A DNA stretch of 64,000 bases from Vicugna vicugna (taxonomy: Eukaryota), in NCBI GenBank assembly GCA_013265495.1, contig MU058221.1:3224001-3288000 (forward strand), given 5' to 3'. This document shows positions 47,796 through 58,100 of the stretch, one piece after another. The notes beneath the pieces were generated by a model. It was not told the origin of the DNA and did not search any database. It was given only the letters and a program-made list of their open reading frames with translations. Each line of letters begins with the position of its first letter. Position 1 is the stretch's first letter. Made by a program: the position numbers and the translations under genes.

Positions 47796-50700
47796 ACTGT
47801 GTTCTCCCAGAGATCGCTCAATTACAAATGAATTAAGGAGTAAGATGCAAAAGGGCTCTATACCGAAATGTAGCACTGTGTGTGCCTCAGGTTTTATTTA
47901 TGTAAAATTAAATTGGGAGGAATTGGTTGTTGCTACTAGCAACTTGCTTCCTTATTAACCACCCAAATGATGTTAAGAACCCAAATCATGCTCCCCAGAC
48001 AGAGCCAGACAGCCTGTTAAATATGCATGCTGTTCTGTCTTCTCCAAGTCCTCCCACACCTCTCTCCGCTCCTTGTCATGGAAACTTCTCGGGGCTGGAG
48101 CGGTGTGTGCCTCACTCAAGCCAGCAGGGACATGCTCCCAGTGGTGCCCAGTGAATTCAGCCCCACTCACTCACATCTCACCTTCTTATGATGCTGGCTA
48201 GCTCAGTGTTATCTCAAGCAGCATCTTTTTTTTTTTTTTATTGAAGGGGGGCAGCTTTTTCTTGACTTCTCATTTACACACTTCCTTTTACCTAGAAAAT
48301 AATTCAAAGACACTTTGCAAAGAGCTGACTCGAGCCACACTGGCTAGGTCCAAATTGTGGTGCTAACTTTAGGGCGCTCGGCAATAACAAAACAGCTGTT
48401 CTGCATCTTTAGTTGAGAATAAGGAAGAAGTACTCTCTACCTCACAGGGTTACATGAAGATGATGTGAAATAATCAGCATGGACAGCTTCACACACCAAG
48501 CGCTGTAGTTACCACCCACGTCAAGACTGACCATTCATGGTGCTGGCGACTAGGTCCTCGCACTGGGTTCTGAGACTATCCCTATCATGTAATTTAAACG
48601 ACTGCAAACATGCATTAATTTGTCTCTTTTTGTAAAATTTGAGTAAGAACTCCTTAATTGAGCAAATAGGGGCTTTTCCAATTTGGCGTCCCAATCCTTG
48701 TCACACAGGCCCTTTCCTGTAATTACTGACTGAAAACAGAGCAGGCGAGCTCAGAAGGCTTCTGACGGGAGCACCTCTGGGGAGGGTCCATGTTGTAGGC
48801 TGCTTTCATTTGGAAAATGCAGACCTAATGGTGTTATCTCATTTAAATAACCTCTAAAGAATTAAATAAAAATTAATCAATTACTTCATTCCCTTTAAGG
48901 TCTCTGGCTCTGGCAAAATATATCTCCACATCTTTGGTTCCCTACCCACAACGATGCGTGTCAGTGGAGTGAGGCGGGCCCACACCACTGCAGTAATATT
49001 TAAGCAATCTACTTCGATATCTTAAAGGTGGAATTCATTTTTTTTTGGTTTTAATTTTGCACTTCCTAATTCATGAGTTTTTTTTTAAAGTTGGGGTATA
49101 ATAATTTCTTACTATAAGTACTATGTTGTCCAATTAAATAACATTCAAGTCACTGCTTTGGAATGGGGTAAACAAAAGGTCAAATGAAGACTGTCCAGAG
49201 ATTTATGTACTTGAGTCTTTGAAGATGTAATTCCCTAAATGGACCAATTTTAAAATTTTTATGTTACTGATGTACAGAAAACGTTTCCATTAATTTACGC
49301 AAATTTTGAGTTTTATATTTATAGCATAAAATGTTTCTAGGAAGTAAAAGAGCAAGAGATATTAGCAATACACAGGAACCTGACATAAATTGTAGAAGCC
49401 CTTTGTCTGTGTAAGAAAGGACACTTTGATTAAGCAGATACTTTTAAAGTAAAAAATCTACTTTCCCTTCAGAGGCAAAACTGTAACGAAGTTATATAAA
49501 TCGTCTCAAGTCAAAATCCTAGTGGCACCGCTGGAATGTCTCTTCCATGACTCATTATCTTTTCAAGAAAGAAATGGAGATGTAATAAGTAGTAAAACCT
49601 ATTGGAAATAAAAGTATCTCCTAGAATATTTTCATCATCCAGTAGGTTAGATGCCTGGAAGCTTTTAGGTTGTAATTACTGCGGGAAAAGCTGGGAAGGG
49701 CGTGATCGCTGGTCACGCCTCGCTCCCAGCTGTAGAGATGACGACAGTATCCCAGAAATCAACATCATCTGCTCATCAACCTGCATAATTTCATGCAATC
49801 TGCGCCCCAGGTACAGTCTAAACAGGGTTTGGTGGAATAGTGTCTCAGCTTTCCTGTCTTTTTTTTTTTTTTTAGGTTCCAAAACTACCAGACCAAAGCG
49901 AAGTACGAGGCAGAAGACAGAAACCCAGATTACTAAACCACGCCTTTGTAGCTGTCACTCCTCTGTGGTCATGCCAAATGGCTGGCGATGCGGAAGGGCT
50001 GAGAGGATGGCTTTTTGACCCCACATGGCTAGGGAAGAAAAACTGGAGTCTAAGGTCACTTCCGTGTGGCCCCAGTAGAACCTTCAGATTTGGGGTAGAG
50101 GTCCAAGGTGCTGTCCCTGGAACCAGGGTTGAACGGCAGGGAGCAAGCACCTGCACAGAGAGAAGCTCAGCATCACCAGAGAGGACCCTGGAGGCAGCTC
50201 AGTACCCCCCACAGGACCGCCCTGCTCTGTAAGTTCTTCTTCTATCCCGGCACCCAGAAGAAACAGGCAAAACTAGTCAGTGAAATAAATAATTCCCTAG
50301 GTCACAATTTTTATTACATTTTTTTCAGACTTAACTGAAAATAACCAGGGACACAAGGAGACAAGGTGATATGAATAGCAATCACCAGATGCAGTTAGAC
50401 AAGAACTGTAAGAAGCCATCAGAAGCTGGAACTATTCTGCACAGAATTTGGAACAACTATGATCACTATGTCTGCAAATCAAACCGCAAGATCAAAGCAA
50501 GTTTTAGGGATTTCTAAACCATTCTGAACACTGCATAGCAAGTTTTTTAAAATAGGATGTCTAGAGCTGTGACAAAAACAACAGCAAGTGCGTATATACC
50601 AGTTGATTAAAAAGAATAGGTCAGACGTCTATGAAGAGGGAATCAGTGAACTGAAATATAGGTGATGTGAAAATATCCAGAGTAAATCTGAAAGAAAGAA

Positions 50701-51769
50701 ATGCCAGCAGTGGGGAAAGGCTAAGAGAATAAGGTATAAAATAGGAAAGTCAAACTTCTGATTCTTCTGTAGGGCTATGATGAGAAGAGAGCGTGAGTAA
50801 GAAACACTATTTGAAGACATAATATATGATATTTTTCAGAATTATTAAAGAGATCTAAATAGAGATCAAGAAATTTTTAAAAACCCTCAAGGATAATAAA
50901 TAAATAAATAAAAAACACCTGCATAAACACATCACTGAAAAATTGCAGAACACCTAAGAGAAGAAGCAGTTATTTTTTTTTTAATTGGAGTAAAGTAGGT
51001 TTTTACTGTTCACAAAGTTACATCAGATTTGCAAACATTTTTTCCCCTGCATTCCCCCATTCAATCTGACAGACAGCGCGAGGGCACTTTTTCCCTGCAT
51101 CTGCAGTAGAAACCTTAGCAGCAGACAGTAACTGCTCCAGGCCTGGCAGGGGCAGTTTTTGACTTCAAAAAAGCTAGGGAAAGATGGAGAATGTCTTCGA
51201 AGAAAAAAATATGGGGACTGCCAGATGTACTGTGTAACAGAGAAACTAAAACTCAAATCCGAAGTGTGTTGAAAGAAAATGACTGCCAGCCTAGAGCTGT
51301 GTATTCAGGGAAGGCATCCTTCAACAACACGGATGACAGAAGTTAACGGGACCTTGGCACAAGAAGAGCTCTGTTATAGGAAATGGCAAAAGGTTCACTT
51401 CGACAGGAAGAGTGGCAGCATACGGAAGTTCAGGGATGGAGGACGAGACTGACAACTATGAAAGAGGAAATAAACACAGGTATGCATGTACGTGTGTGCA
51501 CATATAACACCTAATACACACGCGTGTGCGTGTATATGTTTACACGGTTTTGTATATATACCACTGAAACTACAAAAGAGACGATTGTTATTTTGTGAAA
51601 CTTTAAATATGTGTACACAGTATTCTTACAGATATATACATTTATACAATTTAGGAGTGAGGTAGAACATACATTTAAAATTTCTGAATGACCATTTACT
51701 ACTGGACGGTAAACAGAAAGAATAAAATAGCAGTTAAGTTTTGATGCGTCAATGATTCAGGTTTTAATT

Positions 51770-51995
51770 TCTGTGCTGTTCTTTCCAATGCTGTAAGCCA
51801 CTTATCTATTTGAACTTATCTGTTTATATCTGTAATTAATATGAATTCATTAAAATCCAATTAAACTTCAGTGCTTTGGTCACAAAAGCCAGTATTTCAA
51901 GTGCTCAACAGTCACATGTGGCTAACAGCTACTATATTGGACAACACAGACACAGAACACTTCCATAAGACAGAAAGCTCTACTGGAAAGCTTTA
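51770..51995 (-). mobile_element. MER3 (hAT-Charlie) DNA transposon
   Basis: ATTTCAAGTGCTCAACAGTCACATGTGGCTAACAGCTACTATATTGGACAACACAGA...AGAACACTTCCAT...CAGAAAG is the reverse complement of the MER3 consensus. Confidence 0.85.
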
Positions 51996-52595
51996 CCTGC
52001 AGAATAACTCATGAGATAACAGAAAATTACTTCATGTCCCAAATAACTGAGAGAAAAGGAAGTTAAAAAAACACACACAATCTTAAAGAGGTCAAGAAAT
52101 TAAAGTGTACATAGGAATAAAAGTAGACATTGAAAGCATAGGTTAAGATGTAGATTTTAAATCATAATGTTTAGAATTATCTTAATATAAACGGACTAAG
52201 ATCTTCTAATTAAAAGACAAAGATTAGGAGTTTGAATCCAAAATAACTCAACCACTGGATAGCCATCTGAAAGAAGCACATGAAAGCTTGAAAATACAGG
52301 ATAAACAGTTACACCACACTCACAAGCAAAAGCAAGCAAGTGTAGCTATATTAATGTCTAATAAAATAAATATTAAGGAATAAAGTATTGCTAGGGATAA
52401 AGAGGGACTCTCTTAATCATCAAAAATATTATATGCCACCAGTAAGGCAAAGGAATTTTAAATGTGTATGCATTTAGTGACCTAAATTGAAATAAAAAGC
52501 ATAACTTCACAGAACTAAGAAAAAAATTTAGAAGACAGCTTCAAAATTATAATGGACAACTTTAACATGTCTCAGTGATTTAAAGAACAGCAGAA

Positions 52596-52903
52596 AACAA
52601 ACAAAAACAAAGCATAAATACAGGACAGAAATAGACTCACAGACAGAGAATACAGACTTGTGGTTACCAGGGGGGTGGAGGGTGGGAAGGGACAGACTGG
52701 GATTTCAAAATTGTAGAATAGATAAACAAGATTACACTGTATAGCACAGGGAAATATACACAAAATGTTATGATAACTCACAGAGAAAAAAATGTGACAA
52801 TGAGTGTGTATATGTCCATGAATGACTGAAAAATTGTGCTGAACACTGGAATTTGACACAATACTGTAAAATGATTATAAATCAATAAAAAATGTCAAAA
52901 AAT
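52596..52903 (+). mobile_element. Young L1 3' UTR insertion (camelid-type) inside the old L1
   Basis: Same 3' end as 20020-20191; perfect 14-bp TSD AAAGAACAGCAGAA (52582-52595 / 52904-52917). Confidence 0.93.
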
Positions 52904-55654
52904 AAAGAACAGCAGAAGCCTATCGAAGTTAGAGATGTGAACTATGAAATTAACACATTTGCCTTAATAGAAAAATAATTTTATAGACACACAGAACACT
53001 TACCAAAACAAGTCTGTCTAATGGGACATAAAATAAATCTTAACACATTCCAAAGGATTTAAGCCACAGAGAGAATTTTATCTGGCCAAATTCCCTTAAA
53101 CCAGAAATCAGATTGTGAGTTTCCCTACCATCCTTACATAATTTAAAGTTAAGAAATATACACTTTTAAAAAATCCCTTTGCCAAAGAAGACATGATAAT
53201 GAAAACCATAAAACCATTTTAATTTTTAAAGGAAAAAAGAAAAAGTAGTCAGAGAACAAAAGAACAAATCAGACACAAGGGTGTAAAGGAAATGGAGTAT
53301 ATTAGTGAAATGAGGATATACTTGAAAAACAGACAAGTAATAGAAAGTATCAACAGAAACAAAATACTTTTATTTGAAAAACGTAAGAACAAGATTGATA
53401 AACTATGATGAGACTGATCAAGAGAAAAAAGGGAGGAGGCACAGATCACCAAAGTCAGAATGAAAATGAGACTATCGTCACAATCTTTATGCCAGTAATT
53501 TTGAAAATGTAAATGAAATTAACAATTTTCTGGATAAATACAATTTATCAAAACTGACAGAAGAAACGGAAAATCAGAATAAATCTGTAAAATAAACAGA
53601 CATTAAGTCTGTACTAATAATCAATCCATTACTAGATGGAAACATCCATCACTAGACGGCTTCACCAGTGTGTTCTACTCAACATGTACAGATAAAAATA
53701 ATTCTTATACAGACTTCTCTGGAGTGTGTTAAATATAGAGCATTCCCCAAGCTGTTTTCCAATGCTATAGTCTTAATATCAAAATTTGACAAAAAACAAT
53801 ATAAAAATAAAACTGCAGGTCAATTTCACAGGTGAATATATATGGAAAAATTCTAAATTAAATATTAGCAATTCAAATTAAGGAGTTAAGATAGTCGGAC
53901 AATAATGTAGGTAATACATGTGATCAGCTTAGTTTTCCTTCCATGAACGCAAATTTTGTTTTACATTTGAAAATCAGTGCTTCTTATACTCACTGATGGA
54001 ATAAAGAATACAAGGTATTTAGAAAAGAAATACAGAAAAAAATGATTTAGAGAAATTCAACATTCATTCGCTTTATATCTTCAGCAGACTTGAAATAGAA
54101 GTGATTTTCCTTAATATGACAAAACAAATCTCGGAAAGACAAAGCCAGCAAATATTCGACTCAGTTATGAAATGTTGAAAGCATTCTCTTTTAAAACATG
54201 TCTAGAAAACTCATTGTTTCCACTTGTACTAAACAGGGTATTACAGGCCTAACCAGTGTAGTATGTCATCAAAGTGGTGGGGGGAAGAAGTATGAGGACT
54301 GGGAAGAAATAAATCTGGTATCATTTGCAGATGAGATCATGATGTAGAAAATTCAAAGTGTACAGATAAAATGTGAAAGAACACGAGGTGATTTCAGGAA
54401 GATTTCTGAACACACTTTCAATATAGAAAAACTCATAATTCATATACCAAATGAACTGAAAATCAAAATAATTTTATTATTTAAAACAGCATTCCTATTG
54501 TAAAATACACAGAACTAGAACTTGGCAAAAGTATGTGAAAGAATATATAGAAAACTGTAAGTCATCATTAAGAGACTGTGATGAACAAAATAAACGTCTT
54601 TTGTTTGGAAAAGTCTATGAGGTAAAATGTCAGTTCTCCCCTGAAACTGATAGAAATAATGATATGCCAGTAGAGTCTTAATTTCTTTTAACTTGGCAAG
54701 CTGATTCTAACACTGAAATGCAAAATGCAAGAGTAAAGGCACCCTTAATGATAAAGAAAAAGGCAGGAAAACTTTTACCCCCCCAAATCCAGATTCATTA
54801 TGAAAATGTAGTATTTAGGGCATTGTGGTACTGGAAAAAATATAGAAACATAAATGGAACAAAACTGTGAATTCAGAAAGAGGACATCACGTACATAAAC
54901 ACTTGATATATGACAATGGTGGCATTTCACTCCAGTGAGAAAATAGTCTTTTTTTTCTTTTAATATTAATGGGTGTGAAAAGAAAACCAGTGTTGTCCCC
55001 ATTGTGGACCAAAGCTAACTCCAGATATATTTAACATCTTACTACAAAGAGAACAAGGATAAAGAAGTCAGAATATATTGAAGGAGAATATGTTTATGAC
55101 CTCAACATAGAGAAGAATTTTAACAACATACAAATTCTTTAAGAAAAAAGACCGATAGATTACGTTGTATGTAAGAACTCCCATTCATCAAAAAATAGCA
55201 GTAAAAGAGAGAAAGAATAAGCACAGATTAAGAGAAGTGATTGAAAACCTCTAGTGAACAATGGACTCAAGTCAGGAAAGTAAAATAACTCCCAGAAATC
55301 GGCACGATAAAGACAAATCACCTACTGTACAATATGGATGTCACTTAAGTAGGCATTTCAAAAGGCAGAATTTCTGTAGTATCAGTGGATACTTGTGAAG
55401 ATTCTCAACCTCATTAGTAACTAGAAAAAAATGTTAAAGAAATCCCAATGAGCAACCACTAAGCACCCAAAATAATGCAATATTGTCTAATCCAGCAAAT
55501 ACACTTCTATGTACATATCCATTGATATATATGCACCTGTCAACCAGGAGATACACACAAAAAGGTTCATCGCTACATTGCACATGATGGGACTAAACCA
55601 ATATTCATCAACATTAGAATGTATAAATATATTGTGAAAAGGTTTTAAAATTTT

Positions 55655-56207
55655 GTATCAGGTTTTGACTGTTGCAAAACAACTTTAGTAGCTTACAACA
55701 GCAGGTATTATCATCTCACAGTTGAGGAGGTCAAAAATTTGGAATGGCTAGATAGAGTTCTCCAATCAGGGTCACGCAAACCTCTCACCCGGAGACTCTG
55801 GAGAAGAACCTACTTTCAAGCTCATTCAGCTTGTTGGTTAAACATAGCTCCTTATGGTTGTAGGACTGAGGTCCCCGTCTTCTTGCCAGCTCGTGGCTCT
55901 GGGATCACTGGGTTCCCTCTCAGGTCTTCCATCTCAGTGACAGAGAATCCCCCATATGCTTAGGATTTCTCCGTCCTCTTCTAGGACTAGCTGGAGAAAA
56001 CTCTTAGCTCTCAAAGAGCGCATGGAATTAGAACGAACACAAGTGGATATTCTCTTTTGATTAACTCAGAGTCAACTGATTAGTGGCTTTAACTACGTCT
56101 GCAAAATCCATTTGCCACGTATGGTAAAATATCTCACTATAATCACAGTCCTGGGGATTACAGTGTGAGATCTTGGGGCAAGCACATCTTAGGATTCAAC
56201 CTTCCAC
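55655..56207 (-). mobile_element. MLT1 (D/E-like) solo LTR nested in the old L1
   Basis: TGTATCAG...TATCATCTCACAGTT...TTCAAGCTCATTCAG...GGTTGTAGGACTGAGGTCCCCG...TTGATTAACTCAGAGTCAACTGATTAG...TTCCACA. Confidence 0.82.
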
Positions 56208-56799
56208 AACTGTAACATACCACACAGAAAAGAAAAGAAAGAACCTATATTTCCATGCAATGACTCTGCTGAAACTGAAAATGTAACACCGAGAAAAGAA
56301 AGCTCAATGCAAGAATTGTTTACCCTTTGACTGCATTTGTGTAAAATTTTAAAATAGCCAAATGCAAACTAGAACATTTAGAAAGGCATATTTGGTGCAA
56401 AAACGATTAGTAAAAGCAAAGATGCAATTATCATAAAAATCACAATAATCATCAACATCAGAGAACACGCAGAGGTTCTGCCCCATTACAAGAACTTTCG
56501 AGTTGTTCATCTATGGCTACACTGTCATCAGCCTTATGAAGAGACGCTTTGTTGAATATTTATATTTTGTTCGATTTTCTCTGTGTTTCTTATGTTCCAC
56601 AACAAAAAGGTTAAAGATAAACAGACAGAAATCCTTGAGTGCAAGCATGTTCTCCTGTGTATTTACGAATCAATAATCTCCTTATTAGGTGTCCATGATG
56701 TGCTAGTCTCTCTAGACGGTGCAATTACAACAGTAAAGAAAAAACACCACGTGAAGCTGACAAGTCTAGCGATAAAGATACTCGCGGTTTTCTGCCTTA

Positions 56800-57190
56800 A
56801 TCTGACTCTGAGTTTAACGCGCCGGGTCCAAGATAATCACAGCAAAGTAGCTAAGAGGCGTGGCGGTGACGTCATTTCAGGACCACCTGACGTCAGTTTT
56901 CCATCGTAGCATCTCACCAAGATTCAGATTGACGTGATCAGCAAAGAGGAAAAGCGACCTGGGGTCCTTCCAGCTCCGGCTCCGCCGGGGGCGGAGGAGT
57001 GGGGACGGGACAGGCCGCGAACGCACCTGCTGCGGCGGCGGCGCGGAGGCCGGAGGCGGCCGGCGCGCGCGGCCCTGCGGGGCCGGACAGGCGTCTCTCC
57101 TCTCCCGGCCCCCGCCTGCGCCCCGCGCGGCCTCGCCGCAGCTCTAACCCGGCCGGGAACCGTGCAGCGCGGAAGACCTTTTTTCTGCAG
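56800..57190. promoter_or_regulatory. Small CpG island / probable promoter with CRE cluster and GC boxes
   Basis: Very CpG-dense 56970-57175; TGACGTCA at 56867 and 56888, TGACGTGA at 56930; GC boxes at 56987-56996 (+) and about 57109-57117 (-); minus-strand donor CAG|gtgcgt at 57027/57026. Confidence 0.75.
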
Positions 57191-57258
57191 GTGCCTGTCC
57201 TGCTGTGTTAAAAGCAGAAAGAATCATGGGGTGTTTTCTGAACCACCCTGAATCCTGA

Positions 57259-57600
57259 CTTTTAAAAAAAAATTTATAGGCTTTTATTTTATTTATTATT
57301 TATTTTATTTATTTAATTTTTTAATTTTAATTTTATTTTATTACTTTTAAACAAATTTATAAGCTTTTATTATTTTATTTATTTATTTTTATTACTTTAA
57401 AAAAATTATAAGCTTTATTTTATTTATTACTTTTTAATTTTTATTTTATTTTTATTCTTAAAAAAACTATAAGATTTTATTATTTTATTTTTTATTTTAT
57501 TTTATTTTTATTACTTTTAAAAAATGTAAGCTTTTATTTTATTTATTATTTATTTTATTTATTAAGTAAATATTATTTAATATAAAAATGGTAAAAAGGT
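57259..57600. repeat. AT-rich degenerate minisatellite (about 5 units)
   Basis: Recurrent TTTTAAAAAAA..TATAAGCTTTTATT(TTATT)n..TTAC units of variable length. Confidence 0.85.
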
Positions 57601-57940
57601 ATATCTTTCAGAAAATAATTTGAGGCACAATATTTATGTAACTATATACATAAGTTATATATACACATATGTTTTATATATATATATATGTAGAAAGCAT
57701 TGGCTGGTGAGAACTAACAGAAAAAACACTGTATTTAAATGTTAGTTAAGGCCATTGGAGAGATGTTTGCTGAATCTTTAATAAAGCTTTACTTATGAGA
57801 AAAAAAAGGAATTTAGAGGAACATACCTTGGAATTTGCTGGAACAATCTTGTCTCCTCAGTTTACTGACCCAGAGTTCATTACTGATTCCCATTCACTGC
57901 CATACGGCCTGGCTACATGTAGCCCCATTATGGGTATACG

Positions 57941-57977
<37 letters not shown>

Positions 57978-58100
57978 GCACGTGTACACTTACACACACA
58001 TACAAATATATACATATTCACATGTGTACTATACAGACACACACAGATATATGTCCCATATACAGAGTACAGTGCACTGTATATACACACATCCACATAT
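57941..58100. repeat. (CA)n microsatellite with a degenerate CA/TA extension
   Basis: Directly visible. Confidence 0.9.

Larger units (their letters stand above)
50300..56615 (+). mobile_element. Long ancient L1M (L1ME-like) relic running ORF1 > ORF2 > 3' UTR, with nested insertions
   Basis: A-rich strand with collinear L1 landmarks: GAAAGAAAATGACTGCCAGCCTAGA (ORF1), CTAATTAAAAGACAAAGATT (EN), GACGGCTTCACCAGTG, TCATTTGCAGATGA (RT), TCAACCTCATTAGTAA, and a 3' end TATGTTCCACAACAAAAAGGTTAAA; no intact reading frame. Confidence 0.8.

Noticed and set aside
49602..50018. Overlapping 138-aa (+) and 68-aa (-) ORFs
   Set aside because: Both cross a poly-T/A run and match no protein I recognise; the minus-strand acceptor near 49818 has no good downstream donor
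56934..57251. Arg/Gly/Pro/Ala-rich ORFs over the CpG island
   Set aside because: Open frames are expected in stop-poor GC-rich DNA; starts are non-ATG and there is no recognisable homology
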